DNA of 64,000 nt from an uncultured Myxococcales bacterium (GCA_965601515.1 CBFCWN010000001.1:64069-128068), one strand, 5' to 3'. Numbered from the stretch's first letter, positions 26,025 to 37,116 are shown. Made by a program: numbers and translations. Notes: generated by a model not told the origin, from the sequence alone.

Positions 26025-29000
26025 TTACTGCGGCGAGGCTGCGGCCTGGTCTTCGCGGTAGTGGCAGTTCTTGTACTTCTTGCCGCTCCCGCAGTAGCAG
26101 GGGTCGTTTCGCCCGAGCTTGGGTCGCTCTCGCTTGACCGTTGCAGCCTGAGGGGCCGCTTCCGGAGGTGGCGCCGCCGCGGGCGCCCCCGCACCTGCTC
26201 GCCGTCCACGCGCTGCTGCCGCCCGCCTCTGTCGTCGACTGAGCCCCTGCTGCGGTTGCTGAGCGCCGGAATCTCCGGCCCCTTCGCCCGGATGCATCGA
26301 GCGCATCTGGCGCTGGCGCTTCTCCGCGGCCTGGCGGCGCTGCTCCTCGAGGCGCTGAAGGTCCTCTTCGCGCGCGCGCTCCACGGTGAACATCGAGAGT
26401 GTCACCGACGACTTCACGCTCTGCACCATCTCGAGGTACATGTCGAAGCCCTCACGCTTGTATTCCTTCTTCGGATCCCGTTGGCCGTAGCCACGTAGGC
26501 CGATGCCATCCCGAAGGTGGTCCATCGCCTGGAGATGGTCCATCCACTGCTTGTCGATCTCCTGGAGATAGAGGTCGCGGAAGAGACGAAGGAAGTTCTC
26601 CGCGCCGAAATCGTTTTCCTTCCGAACGAGTACAGCCTCGGCGTCGGCATAAAGCTTTGTGAGCAGCTCTTGGCGATCGGTAATGTCCCGAATGCCGCTT
26701 GCGTCGATCGAAAACTGCTCCTTGTACGCGCTCTCGAGTCCCTCGAGGTCCCAGTCCTCGTAGTGCTTGCCCGGGGGGCAGGCATGGTCAGTCATCGTGA
26801 CGATGATCTCGTCGACGAGGTCGAGGAGCCGCTCTTTTTGCTCGGAGAGCGACATGCCGACCGCTTCCTTCAGCGCGTTGAACGCGCCAACTGGGTCTTT
26901 GCGATAGGCGTTGAGTGGCACGACGCAGCCGAACCACTGATAGATGTCCTTTTCGAGCGACTCCACCCGGACGTCGGTCAGTGAAGTCAGGTCGGACTCG
27001 AGCGCGCGCTTCCGGAACGCCGGCGCCTCCTCTTGAGTCAGCCCCTCGTCAGGCAGCGGATACGCGTGGAACTTCACGATGTTCTCGAGCACCCCCGACA
27101 CGCGTGCGAGAAGCTCGTCGTCTACCTCGTCGACGAACGGCTGGGGCTCGACTCCTGCCTTGCGCTCCTCATCGGTTGGAACGCTGCGGTACTCGCCTCG
27201 GAGCACCTGCTTGCGGAGCGCGTACATGCTCTTGCGCTGCTGGTTCATGACGTCGTCGTACTCGAGGAGATGCTTTCGAATGTCGAAGTTTCGTTCTTCG
27301 ACCTTCTTCTGTGCATTCTCGACGGCGCGCGTGACGAGTCGGTGCTCGATCGGCACGTCCTCTTCCATGCCGAGGCGATCCATCATGGTCTGAACTCGTT
27401 CGCCTGCGAAGATCCGCATGAGGTCGTCTTCGAGGGAGAGGAAGAATCGCGACGCTCCGGGATCGCCCTGACGGCCCGAACGACCACGCAGCTGATTGTC
27501 GATGCGGCGCGACTCGTGACGCTCGGTTCCGATGATGCGAAGCCCGCCTGCAGCTTTGACAGCCTTCGCGTCCTCTTTGCACTTCGCGATGAAGTGGTCG
27601 GTCGCTTTCTCGACGGCGGCCTGGTGAAGCTCGGGGTTCGCGAGCGTCTCTTCGGAAGCGGTTTCGAGGACCTCGAGCTTCGCCAGCATCTCGGGGTTGC
27701 CACCGAGAACGATGTCCGTGCCTCGACCCGCCATGTTGGTGGCGACCGTGACCGCGCCGGGCGTACCCGCCTGCGCAACGACGTACGCCTCCCGCTCGTG
27801 CTGCTTCGCGTTCAATACGTTGTGCGGAATGTTGCGGCGGTTGAGGAAGTGCGCGACGGCGTCCGACTTTTCGACGCTCGTCGTGCCGACGAGCACGGGC
27901 TGCCCGGCCTTGTGCGACTCCTCGATCTCCTGACAGATCGCTTTGAACTTTTCGCGCTCGGTCTTGTAGATCAGGTCTTCGGTGTCGAGACGCGCGATCG
28001 GCTTGTTCGTCGGGATCACCACGACGTCGAGCTCGTAGATGTTGTGGAACTCAGTTGCCTCGGTATCCGCCGTGCCCGTCATTCCGGAGAGCTTGCGGTA
28101 GAGTCGGAACAGATTCTGGAACGAAATCGTCGCAAGCGTGAGGTTCTCGCTCTGGATCGGGACGCGCTCCTTGGCTTCGACCGCCTGATGCAGGCCATCC
28201 GACCAGCGACGCCCGGGGAGAACGCGGCCGGTGAACTCGTCGATGATCATCACCTTGCCATCCTCGCTGACCATGTAGTGCTGGTCGCGGTGGTAGAGCG
28301 CGTGAGCCCGTAGGCACTGCTGCAAGATGTGGAGTGTTTCGAGGTTGACCGGATCGTAGAGGTTGTCGCCCGAACCGCCGAGGAGGCCGCGGCCGCCGAG
28401 AAGCTCCTGTGCGGTCTCCATTCCGTCTTCGGTCAGCGTGACGCTTCGATTCTTCTCGTCGAGGTCGTAGTGCTCCTCGAGGCGAAGGCGAGGAATGATC
28501 TCGTTGATCTGCTCGTACTTCTCGCTCGCCGTCTCCCCTGGGCCGCTGATGATCAGCGGGGTCCGTGCCTCGTCGATGAGAATGGAGTCGACCTCGTCGA
28601 CGATCGCGTAGTTCAGATCTCGCTGGACGTAGTCGTAGATGCTGAACTTCATGTTGTCGCGCATGTAGTCGAAGCCGAACTCGTTGTTCTGGCCGTACGT
28701 GATGTCGCATGCGTAGGCGCGCTTCTTGAGCGCGTTCTGTTGACCCGGAACGACCACCCCGGTGGAGAGCCCGAGAAACCCGTAGAGCTTGCCCATCCAC
28801 TCGGCGTCTCGAGTGGCGAGATAGTCGTTGACGGTGACGACGTGCACGCCCTTGCCTTCGAGACCGTTGAGGTAGCAAGGCAGCGTCGCGACGAGGGTCT
28901 TGCCCTCGCCGGTCTTCATCTCGGCGATTTTGCCCTGATGCAAGACGATGCCGCCGACGAGCTGCACGTCGTAGTGGCGCATGCCAAGCACGCGCTTGCC

Positions 29001-29222
29001 TGCCTCTCGCGCTACCGCGTACGCCGGGATGAGAAGGTCATCGAGCGGCGCGCCGTTGTCGAGCTGCTGCCGAAACTCTCCGGTCTTGGCCCGAAGCTGG
29101 GCGTCCGAGAGCTTCTGCATCTCCGGCTCCAGCGCGGAGATGGCGGACACCATGGGCTGCATGCGCTTCACTTCGCGCTGGTGCTTGGTGCCGAACACCT
29201 TCTTCAAGACCGAATCGAACAC
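26025..29222 (-). CDS. secA: preprotein translocase ATPase SecA (1065 aa, extended basic linker before C-terminal zinc finger)
   Basis: MFDSVLKKVFGTKHQREVKRM..., MKTGEGKTLVATLP Walker A, C-terminal CYCGSGKKYKNCH. Confidence 0.97.
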   Translation of the reverse strand: MFDSVLKKVFGTKHQREVKRMQPMVSAISALEPEMQKLSDAQLRAKTGEFRQQLDNGAPLDDLLIPAYAVAREAGKRVLGMRHYDVQLVGGIVLHQGKIAEMKTGEGKTLVATLPCYLNGLEGKGVHVVTVNDYLATRDAEWMGKLYGFLGLSTGVVVPGQQNALKKRAYACDITYGQNNEFGFDYMRDNMKFSIYDYVQRDLNYAIVDEVDSILIDEARTPLIISGPGETASEKYEQINEIIPRLRLEEHYDLDEKNRSVTLTEDGMETAQELLGGRGLLGGSGDNLYDPVNLETLHILQQCLRAHALYHRDQHYMVSEDGKVMIIDEFTGRVLPGRRWSDGLHQAVEAKERVPIQSENLTLATISFQNLFRLYRKLSGMTGTADTEATEFHNIYELDVVVIPTNKPIARLDTEDLIYKTEREKFKAICQEIEESHKAGQPVLVGTTSVEKSDAVAHFLNRRNIPHNVLNAKQHEREAYVVAQAGTPGAVTVATNMAGRGTDIVLGGNPEMLAKLEVLETASEETLANPELHQAAVEKATDHFIAKCKEDAKAVKAAGGLRIIGTERHESRRIDNQLRGRSGRQGDPGASRFFLSLEDDLMRIFAGERVQTMMDRLGMEEDVPIEHRLVTRAVENAQKKVEERNFDIRKHLLEYDDVMNQQRKSMYALRKQVLRGEYRSVPTDEERKAGVEPQPFVDEVDDELLARVSGVLENIVKFHAYPLPDEGLTQEEAPAFRKRALESDLTSLTDVRVESLEKDIYQWFGCVVPLNAYRKDPVGAFNALKEAVGMSLSEQKERLLDLVDEIIVTMTDHACPPGKHYEDWDLEGLESAYKEQFSIDASGIRDITDRQELLTKLYADAEAVLVRKENDFGAENFLRLFRDLYLQEIDKQWMDHLQAMDHLRDGIGLRGYGQRDPKKEYKREGFDMYLEMVQSVKSSVTLSMFTVERAREEDLQRLEEQRRQAAEKRQRQMRSMHPGEGAGDSGAQQPQQGLSRRQRRAAAARGRRAGAGAPAAAPPPEAAPQAATVKRERPKLGRNDPCYCGSGKKYKNCHYREDQAAASPQ

Positions 29223-29264
29223 GGCTGCAATCTAGGTCGGCCGGGCGAACCGCGCAAACAAGAG

Positions 29265-30755
29265 TCAAAACCAACCCTTAGAGAGCGCGAGCACCGCGAT
29301 CACGACGAAGACGAACAGCACGAACGCCCAAAGGCCACGACCCGACGCGGGCGGTGGCGTGCCCGTGGCGTCGCCGCTGGCGAGCGATTCGAGCACGCGG
29401 TTGGCTCGCTCCTGCGCGAGCACTTCGAGACGCCAAAGCACGAGACTCACGAAAACACCGACGAGCAGGATCAGTACGGCCGCACGAATGCGACGCGACT
29501 CCTGCACCTCGGCCGTCGATTCATCGACATCGATCCGTGCGCTCACTCCGTTGCCGAGCTCGACGACGTCGAACGAGGGGATCGCGAGGAGAGCGGCCAC
29601 AGCGGCATCTGGGTCTCCCACGAACTCGCCACCGACGACCGACATCGCGAGCGGGTCGAGCCCTTCTTCATGCGCCATCGAAAGCACGAAGTCCGCGGCC
29701 ATCGACGCCGCCGGTGCTTCATCCGGGATCACGACGAACGCGACCGCCCCGGTGTTTCCACTGAAGAGGTCGCGCCGCACCTGAAGACGCCAGACGCCTG
29801 GCGAGAAGCCGCGAATCCCGGGTTCTCTCGGCGATAGGGACAGCGCATCCACCCACCGATGCTCGTCGAAAACGTCGACGAGCACCGGCCCAGCATCTCC
29901 AAGCGACTGCCATTCGAGCTCGACGTCGTCGCCGCGGGTTTCCGCCGAGGCGGTCATGCCCCCCGGCACGAGGGGCAATCGAACGTTTCGCTCCGCGAGC
30001 ACGCTTCCAGCGGCATCGACTGCGTGAATCGCGACGCGAGCTTCCGGGCCCGTGACGGTGACCGGGAACCGAGCGAAGCCGCCTTCTGTGCGGACCCGAT
30101 CCGCGTCGATGCGCGCGCCCGTGAGCGGTCGCGCTTGCAAGAGGCCCTCCCAATCGCCCACCCATACGACGAGCGTGCAGGGAAGGTCCGGCGTGCATGC
30201 GCCTTCCTCGATACGTGGGTCGAGCACGGAAGGCGCCCGCTCTTTGTCGAGCCGCTGCAGCGGCTCGAGGGTGTATGCCTGGAATGCGTTGATCGTGCGC
30301 CCGGCTTCGAGCTTCGAGTCGATCGACTCCCTCACGTAGAGCGCGCGATCGACTTCAACTTCGCGACCGTCGATCTCGGCAAGAGCGACCAACGTGTACT
30401 TGCCGTCGAGGGCTGCGGGAACCTCGAGACGACCCTCTCGGCCCTCCACGCGCGAGCGTGCGAGCGTCGTCTCCGCGCGGACCTGTCCCGCGTCATCGCG
30501 GAGCTCGATGCGAACGCTCGGTGCCAGCACGGACACCCGACCGAGATCGTCTTCGTCGAGCTGCCACGAGCGGAGTCCAATCGTGTCACCGGGCCGCGCG
30601 ACGACCGGAGCGCTCAAGCGCAGGTCGGGGATCGGCCTGGGCTTTCCCGACAGCCAAAGCACCGCGAGCACCACCGAAACGAACAGCGGGGATAGCCGAA
30701 CCGCCCAATGAAACCGCTCGACGGAGTACGGCTCACTTTCAGCAGGGATGGACAA
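29265..30755 (-). CDS. hypothetical membrane-anchored protein (one N-terminal and two C-terminal TM segments, large beta-rich middle)
   Basis: 496-aa ORF with genome-typical codon bias. I recognise no family. Confidence 0.55.
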   Translation of the reverse strand: MSIPAESEPYSVERFHWAVRLSPLFVSVVLAVLWLSGKPRPIPDLRLSAPVVARPGDTIGLRSWQLDEDDLGRVSVLAPSVRIELRDDAGQVRAETTLARSRVEGREGRLEVPAALDGKYTLVALAEIDGREVEVDRALYVRESIDSKLEAGRTINAFQAYTLEPLQRLDKERAPSVLDPRIEEGACTPDLPCTLVVWVGDWEGLLQARPLTGARIDADRVRTEGGFARFPVTVTGPEARVAIHAVDAAGSVLAERNVRLPLVPGGMTASAETRGDDVELEWQSLGDAGPVLVDVFDEHRWVDALSLSPREPGIRGFSPGVWRLQVRRDLFSGNTGAVAFVVIPDEAPAASMAADFVLSMAHEEGLDPLAMSVVGGEFVGDPDAAVAALLAIPSFDVVELGNGVSARIDVDESTAEVQESRRIRAAVLILLVGVFVSLVLWRLEVLAQERANRVLESLASGDATGTPPPASGRGLWAFVLFVFVVIAVLALSKGWF

Positions 30756-30798
30756 ATTCGGGATGTTACCTTAGGAACGGTTGGGGTATAGAGCGCGA

Positions 30799-31257
30799 AT
30801 GGGAGCGACCGCCGAACATGACGTCGAGCAGCTGCGAGCTCGCTTGAACGACTACATGTCGCGGCACGGGCTGCGTTCGACGGAACAGCGGCGGGTCGTG
30901 ACCGAGCAGTTCTTCGCGAGCGACGGGCACCTCTCGATCGAGGATCTCCTCGAGATGGTGCGCGTCGAGGAACCGGGGATCGGCTACGCGACGGTCTATC
31001 GCACTCTGAAGCTTTTGAAGGACTGCGGCCTCGCCTTCGAGCGCCACTTCGGGGACGGCGTGTCCCGCTACGAGGTCGCCTGGGAAGACGAGCACCACGA
31101 CCATCTCATCTGCATCGAGTGCCAGAAAATCGTCGAGTTCGAGGACGAGGGCATCGAACAGCTTCAGCACAAGGTCGCCGAGCGTCACGGCTTCGAGCTG
31201 GTCCGTCACAAGCTCGAGCTTTACGGGGTGTGCTCCGACTGCCGGACGCATTCGTAG
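30799..31257 (+). CDS. fur: Fur-family metalloregulator
   Basis: RSTEQRRVVTEQF...GYATVYRTLKLLKDCGL...HHDHLICIECQKIVEF...CSDC. ATG at 30799 preferred over TTG at 30781. Confidence 0.85.
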   Translation: MGATAEHDVEQLRARLNDYMSRHGLRSTEQRRVVTEQFFASDGHLSIEDLLEMVRVEEPGIGYATVYRTLKLLKDCGLAFERHFGDGVSRYEVAWEDEHHDHLICIECQKIVEFEDEGIEQLQHKVAERHGFELVRHKLELYGVCSDCRTHS

Positions 31258-31287
31258 CACCCGGCAGCCGAGGTTTCGGTCGTCGCC

Positions 31288-33141
31288 TCAGATCGTCGCG
31301 AACGCTTCGTCCGGCATGTCCACCGGGAGCGTATCGATCTGCATGAGGCGCTGTATGCGGGCGGGGATCGTCGCGAGCGAGTTGTTCGCGAAGAACTGCG
31401 CGGTGAACTTCTTACCCGTGTAGAACGCGTGGTCAGGGTGTGACTCCGAGGTGTCGGGAAGCTTGCGGAGCGCGATCGATGCCTGGTCGAGTAGGAGCCA
31501 ACCCACGGCGAGGTCACTCATGATCGTGAGGAACTCTTCCGCGGCGAGCGGGATGTGCTCGATCTTGCCACCCTTGAACCAGCCGATGAGCTGCATCACC
31601 GAAGCGGCGACTGACTCGTGGGCCGCCTGGAGGTGCTCGATGCCGGCCTTGAGCTCCGGCGTTTCCTTGTTCTCGGTAATGAATGTCTGAATGTCGGTCA
31701 GGAACGCCTGGGTATTGGCGCCGCCCGCCTGACCGAGCTTGCGGCTGACCAGATCCATCGACTGAATGAAGTTCGTGCCCTCGTAGATCTGGAAGATCTT
31801 CGAGTCTCGACAGTACTGCTCCACCGGGTAGTCGCGGAGGTAGCCGTGCCCGCCGTGCACTTGAATCGCCTTCGCCGACACCTCGAACGCAGCGTCGGTG
31901 CCGTACGCCTTCACGAGCGGCGTGAGCAGGTCGATCTGGCCTTTGTGGTACGCCTCGGACGTGTCGTCCTTGCCACGGGTCGCGTTCAAGCGGTCGGCGT
32001 GGTTCGAGAGCTTCATCACGAGTGCGCGAACGCCTTCGACGCGAGCCTTCATCTCGAGAAGGTCGCGGCGAATGTTCGGATGCTGAAGAATCGGCACACG
32101 CGGCGCGTTGGCGTCCTTGAACGACTTCACGCTGGCGCCCTGCTTCCGCTCCCGGGCGTACTCGAGCGCGCTCATGTACGATGCGGCCGCCACGGCGAGT
32201 CCCTGGATGCCGACGCCGATGCGGGCGGCGTTCATCATGTGGAACATCTGGCGGATGCCCTGATGCTCGATGCCGCCAACGACCTCACCAAGGCAGTTGC
32301 CCTCGTCACCGAAGTTCATGACGCAGGTCGCCGAGCCATTGATACCCATCTTGTGCTCGATGGACGGAACTGTGACGTCGTTCGTCTCGCCGAGCGAACC
32401 GTCCTCGTTGATACGAACACGCGGCACGATGAAGAGCGAGAGACCCTTGGTTCCCTTCTCAGCGCCTTCGATGCGGGCAAGCACGAGATGGATCACGTTC
32501 TCCGAGAGATCGTTGTCGCCACCGCTGATGAAGATCTTCGTGCCCTGAACGCTGTAGGTACCGTCCTCGTTTCGGGTTGCGCCGCTCGAGGCCGCACCGA
32601 CGTCCGACCCTGCGTGCGGCTCGGTGAGACACATCGTGCCCGACCACTCCCCGCTGAGCATCTTCGGTACGTACTTTTCCTTCTGCTCCTCGGTGCCGAA
32701 CTCGAGGAGGAGCTCCGCGGCCGACTGCGTCAGGCCGGTGTACATCGTGAACGCGGTATTGGCGCCGCAGAACATCTCTTCGACGAACGAGCCGAGCATC
32801 ACCGGCGCGTCCTGACCGCCCCAGCGCGACGGCGCCGAAATCGTGCGCCAACCGGACTCCCACACCTTGTCCCACGCGCCCTTGAAGCCATCGGGGGTGA
32901 TCACACGGCCGTTCTCGAGCCGGCAGCCCTGGGCATCGCCGGACGAGTTGAGGGGACCGGTGACGTCGCAGACGAACCGGTAGACCTCGTCGAGCACCAT
33001 GTCGCACTCTTCGGTACCCCATTCGGCGAACGGCTCTTTCCCGAGGAGAGAGGGCAGGTCGAACTGCTCGAAGAAAAGGAATCGGAAATCTCTCAGGTCC
33101 GCACGATAGCGGTTGATTGCTTGCGCCACGACAGCCTCCAA
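31288..33141 (-). CDS. long (617 aa) acyl-CoA dehydrogenase with extra N- and C-terminal domains
   Basis: YRADLRDFRFLFFEQFDL is an N-terminal ACAD motif. Also TEPHAGSDVG and a YEGTNFIQSMDL-type C-terminal catalytic region. Confidence 0.9.
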   Translation of the reverse strand: MEAVVAQAINRYRADLRDFRFLFFEQFDLPSLLGKEPFAEWGTEECDMVLDEVYRFVCDVTGPLNSSGDAQGCRLENGRVITPDGFKGAWDKVWESGWRTISAPSRWGGQDAPVMLGSFVEEMFCGANTAFTMYTGLTQSAAELLLEFGTEEQKEKYVPKMLSGEWSGTMCLTEPHAGSDVGAASSGATRNEDGTYSVQGTKIFISGGDNDLSENVIHLVLARIEGAEKGTKGLSLFIVPRVRINEDGSLGETNDVTVPSIEHKMGINGSATCVMNFGDEGNCLGEVVGGIEHQGIRQMFHMMNAARIGVGIQGLAVAAASYMSALEYARERKQGASVKSFKDANAPRVPILQHPNIRRDLLEMKARVEGVRALVMKLSNHADRLNATRGKDDTSEAYHKGQIDLLTPLVKAYGTDAAFEVSAKAIQVHGGHGYLRDYPVEQYCRDSKIFQIYEGTNFIQSMDLVSRKLGQAGGANTQAFLTDIQTFITENKETPELKAGIEHLQAAHESVAASVMQLIGWFKGGKIEHIPLAAEEFLTIMSDLAVGWLLLDQASIALRKLPDTSESHPDHAFYTGKKFTAQFFANNSLATIPARIQRLMQIDTLPVDMPDEAFATI

Positions 33142-33257
33142 TGGTCTGAACGGTCACCCTCTGACGCCCGCGGGATTACGCAGGCCGGCCCAGATGGATG
33201 CCTCTTGTAATGGAACGTGAGGGCAGCTCGTCTTTGCGTCAAGGCATCGGCCGACGC

Positions 33258-34214
33258 TTACCGTGTCTTATCGGTCACAAAAACGCCGATGCGGTCGATC
33301 GCTTTTCGCCCTTCCTCGAGCATGGGGGCGAATACGTGCCACGCGTGAATCATGTCGGGCCACACCTCGAGGGTGACGTCGACCCCCTCCGACCGGGCTC
33401 TTTCCGCGACGCGGAGGCTGTCATCGAGTAGGGATTCCGCGGCTCCGACCTGAACGAGCAGCGGTGGAAGACCGGCGAGCTCGGCGTGGACGGGCGACAC
33501 GAGCGGGTTCCGGTGCTCGTCCCGAGGCGCGAAACGCTTCGCCATCGTTCGCACCCCGAGGCGGGTCACGAAATCGTAGTGGCTGTTGAATTGCATGGAG
33601 GTGCTGCGCGGGTCCAGGTCGAACCATCCCGAAATTAGGACGGCACCCGCCGGAAGAGGCAAACCCTCATCTCGAAGCGACACGAGCGTCGACAGCGTGA
33701 GCCCGGCGCCGGCCGACTCGCCCCCCATCACGATGTGCTCGGGGGCCATGCCCTCCCGCTCGAGCAGCCATCGATAGACGGCATGCGAATCCTCGAGCTG
33801 CGCCGGAAATGGGTGCTCCGGCGCGAGCCGGTAGTCGGCGGCAAGCACGCGAGTGCCGCTTGCGATACAGAGGCGCGCGAGAAAGTCCCGGTGAGAGTTG
33901 ATCGAGCCCGTCGAATAGCCGCCGCCGTGAAAGTAGAGCACGACCCGCTCCGGATCGCTCTCAGGCTGCGAGAACCACTCGCAGGACACCCCGTCCGCCA
34001 CCAGCGGCACCATGTCCACCTCGCGCATGGGCGCCGTCACCGGCCGCGCGGGATCGATCACACGACGTTGGAATTGAAGAGGCATCACTGCCGATAGGGT
34101 CGACGAACGGCGAAGGACTTCCGCCACGGTCTCGAGCTCGAGGCTCCACGTAGGACGCCGCGGACCCAACACGGCGCGGCGAGCGCGAATCACGGGTTTC
34201 AGCCCATCCATCAT
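33258..34214 (-). CDS. alpha/beta hydrolase, hormone-sensitive-lipase-type esterase
   Basis: HGGGY oxyanion motif and GESAGAGL (GxSxG). Start MMDGLKP at 34214; the track ORF (to 34655) overlaps the argS 5' end. Confidence 0.8.
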   Translation of the reverse strand: MMDGLKPVIRARRAVLGPRRPTWSLELETVAEVLRRSSTLSAVMPLQFQRRVIDPARPVTAPMREVDMVPLVADGVSCEWFSQPESDPERVVLYFHGGGYSTGSINSHRDFLARLCIASGTRVLAADYRLAPEHPFPAQLEDSHAVYRWLLEREGMAPEHIVMGGESAGAGLTLSTLVSLRDEGLPLPAGAVLISGWFDLDPRSTSMQFNSHYDFVTRLGVRTMAKRFAPRDEHRNPLVSPVHAELAGLPPLLVQVGAAESLLDDSLRVAERARSEGVDVTLEVWPDMIHAWHVFAPMLEEGRKAIDRIGVFVTDKTR

Positions 34215-34313
34215 CACGCGAATGAAGTTCACGGCGGGGGTTGTATCACGCGCAGACCCCGCTTCGCACTCTGGAGGTGGCGCGCTGGGGACTTCGCCAC
34301 TATTTCTGCGCCC

Positions 34314-36071
34314 ATGCTCCTCGAGCGATATCTCGAAGCCATCGGCTCGGAGGCCATCCAGCGAGCCCTCGATCTCGACGGCCCCCGCCCCGCCCTCATT
34401 CGGGCGACGACGGACGCAAAGTTTGGCGACTTCCAGCTCAACGGAGCGATGAAGCTCGGCAAGGAGCTCGGGAAACCTCCACGCGAGTTGGCCGGACCCA
34501 TCGCGGAGGTGCTCGCCGAAGTGGATGCCATCGACAAGGCAGAGGTCGCCGGGCCGGGCTTCGTCAATCTGCACCTGTCGGACGCGTGGATCGCGGAGCG
34601 ATTGACCGAGGTGCTCATGGACGTGACCAGGGACGGCGTGCCCGAAGTCGAGCACTCAGAAAAGGTCATCGTAGACTTCTCGAGCCCAAACATCGCCAAG
34701 CAGATGCACGTAGGCCATCTCCGTTCGACGATCATCGGCGACGCGATTTCGAGGATCCTCGCGTTCGTTGGCCACGACGTGGTTCGCGACAATCACCTTG
34801 GCGACTGGGGCACCCAGTTCGGCCTGCTCATCGTTGGAATGCGCGAATGGGGCGACGAGCAGGCGCTCGTCGACGACCCGATCGGGGAGCTCGAGCGCGT
34901 GTACAAGCTCGCGTCGGAGCGCGCAGGCAACGAGGAGACCTTCGCCGACGCCGCGCGTGCCGAGCTCGTGAAGCTCCAAGACGGAGACCCGGAAAACCGC
35001 AGACTATGGGAGCACTTCGTCGAGGTCAGCCGAACCGCGCTCGACGCGGTCTACGACGAGCTCGACGTCACCTTCGACGAGTGGCTCGGCGAGAGCGCCT
35101 ATCACGATGCGCTGCCCGGCGTCGTCGACGATCTTCTCGAACGGAAGATCGCGCGGGAAGACGACGGTGCCGTGTGCATCTTCTGGAACGAGCTAGACGG
35201 CACCCCGAAGTCCCTCAAGAAGCAAAAGACCCCGTTCATCGTTCGAAAGAAGGACGGAGCCTTTCTCTACTCGACGACCGACATCGCCACCGTGCTCCAT
35301 CGGCGGGACCATTTCCAAGCCGACCGGGCGCTCTACGTCGTCGACAACCGGCAGGGGCTCCACTTCCAGCAGCTCTTTGCCGCGATGGCGTTGCTCGGGG
35401 TCGACATGACGCTCGAGCACATCGGTTTTGGGACGGTCCTCGGCAAGGATGGCAAGCCGCTTCGGACCCGAGACGCGAGCGGGAACGTCATCACCCTGGC
35501 CTCTCTCCTCGACGAGTCGAAAACGCGGGCGAGAGCACGCATCGACGAGGGTGTCGCCGAGGGCAGGCTCCGGGTGCGCCCGGACGAAATGGCGGAGGTG
35601 TCCCGCGTCGTCGGCATCGGAGCCGTGAAATACGCGGACCTTCGTCAAAATCGGCTGAGCGACTATCAGTTCGATTGGGACAAGATGATCTCGTTCCAAG
35701 GCAACTCGGGGCCCTATCTTCAATACGCATACGCACGCTGCGCTTCGATTTTCGCAAAGGGAGGCCTCGCAATGGACGACGCGACCGAGGCGAGGGTCCT
35801 CCTCGAAGCGCCGACCGAAATCGCCCTCGGCAAACACCTGCTCCGGTTTTCGGACGTCGTGTTCCACGCAGCCGCCACGAGCCAGCCGCACCTGATTTGC
35901 GAGCATGTCTACGAGCTCTCGCGCGCGTTCAACGGTTTCTACACGGAGTGCCCGGTGCTCGACGCAGAGGGCGACACTCGCGGGAGCCGGCTCGCCTTGA
36001 CCGCGCTGACCGCGCGTCAGATTCGGCGGGGGCTCGGGCTCGTCGGCATCGGTGTCGTCGACCGAATGTAG
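34314..36071 (+). CDS. argS: arginine--tRNA ligase
   Basis: SSPNIAKQMHVGHLRSTIIGD (HIGH-class motif) and a DALR anticodon-binding C-terminal domain; ends VVDRM. Confidence 0.95.
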   Translation: MLLERYLEAIGSEAIQRALDLDGPRPALIRATTDAKFGDFQLNGAMKLGKELGKPPRELAGPIAEVLAEVDAIDKAEVAGPGFVNLHLSDAWIAERLTEVLMDVTRDGVPEVEHSEKVIVDFSSPNIAKQMHVGHLRSTIIGDAISRILAFVGHDVVRDNHLGDWGTQFGLLIVGMREWGDEQALVDDPIGELERVYKLASERAGNEETFADAARAELVKLQDGDPENRRLWEHFVEVSRTALDAVYDELDVTFDEWLGESAYHDALPGVVDDLLERKIAREDDGAVCIFWNELDGTPKSLKKQKTPFIVRKKDGAFLYSTTDIATVLHRRDHFQADRALYVVDNRQGLHFQQLFAAMALLGVDMTLEHIGFGTVLGKDGKPLRTRDASGNVITLASLLDESKTRARARIDEGVAEGRLRVRPDEMAEVSRVVGIGAVKYADLRQNRLSDYQFDWDKMISFQGNSGPYLQYAYARCASIFAKGGLAMDDATEARVLLEAPTEIALGKHLLRFSDVVFHAAATSQPHLICEHVYELSRAFNGFYTECPVLDAEGDTRGSRLALTALTARQIRRGLGLVGIGVVDRM

Positions 36072-36123
36072 GCCGGATTGATTCGCACGGCCGCCCCCTC
36101 GATGTGCTAAGCGAAGGCTTGCG

Positions 36124-37116
36124 ATGCAGGGCAAGCTCGTTCGCGTTCCTCACCAAAGCCGGTGCCTCCGGGACAACCCACTCGGGGACCCGTACGAGCG
36201 CGACGTCTACGTCTACCTTCCTCCCCAATACGACGGCTCGGCGCGTTTCCCCGTCGTGATGATGCTCGCGGGGTTTGGCGCAACGAACCATTCGATCGCC
36301 GCGTGGAGCCCGTGGAAACCCAATACCGTGGAGCTCTTCGATCGACTCATCGCGAGCGGCACCTGCAAGCCTGCGCTGCTCGTGCTTCCGGACTGTTTCA
36401 ATCGCTGGGGAGGCTCCCAGTTCATCGACTCGGAAGGCACGGGTCGCTACCAAACCTATCTTGCGGACGAGGTGATCCCGTTCGTCGACGCCGAGTTTCA
36501 AACCGTGCCGGAGCGGGAGGCGCGAGCCGCGATCGGGCGTTCGTCTGGAGGCTTCGGCGCACTTCGACTGGGAATGGACCGCCCCGACGTCGTTTCCGTG
36601 CTCGGAAGCCACGCCGGCGACGCCGCGTTCGAGGTCAGCATGCGTCCGATGTTGACCAGTGCCGCGATCGCGTTCGACCTCGCGGGAGGCATCGAGGCAT
36701 TCGCGCGCGACGTTCCCGAGGCGGGTCCTCAAAACGCCACCCAGTTCGACGCGATCTTCGTGCTGGCAGCCGCAGCGGCGTACGCGCCGACGGCCGCGTT
36801 CCCATTTGCGGACGTGCCGGTTGATCCGGCGACCGGCGAGCTCCGCTCGGACGCTTGGAGCCGGTGGCTCGAGCAGGACCCGCTCGCCCGCATTGGCGAG
36901 GCTGCCGAGGCTTTGCGAACGATGTCGCTAGTTTACGTCGACGCAGGCAACCGGGATGAGCACGGGCTACACTTCGCAGCGCGGATGCTCGGAGAGGCCC
37001 TCGGCGCCCATGGGCTGCCCGTCCGGTACGAGGAGTACGAGGGGGGGCATCGGGGAACCTCCTGGCGCTACGAAGTCTCGCTCCCACAGATCGTTGAAGC
37101 ACTTCGAGGACCCTGA
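36124..37116 (+). CDS. putative esterase (esterase D / enterochelin-esterase-like alpha/beta hydrolase)
   Basis: VYVYLPPQYDGSARFPVVMMLAGFG..., GRSSGGFGAL nucleophile elbow, C-terminal GGHRGTSW. Confidence 0.72.
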   Translation: MQGKLVRVPHQSRCLRDNPLGDPYERDVYVYLPPQYDGSARFPVVMMLAGFGATNHSIAAWSPWKPNTVELFDRLIASGTCKPALLVLPDCFNRWGGSQFIDSEGTGRYQTYLADEVIPFVDAEFQTVPEREARAAIGRSSGGFGALRLGMDRPDVVSVLGSHAGDAAFEVSMRPMLTSAAIAFDLAGGIEAFARDVPEAGPQNATQFDAIFVLAAAAAYAPTAAFPFADVPVDPATGELRSDAWSRWLEQDPLARIGEAAEALRTMSLVYVDAGNRDEHGLHFAARMLGEALGAHGLPVRYEEYEGGHRGTSWRYEVSLPQIVEALRGP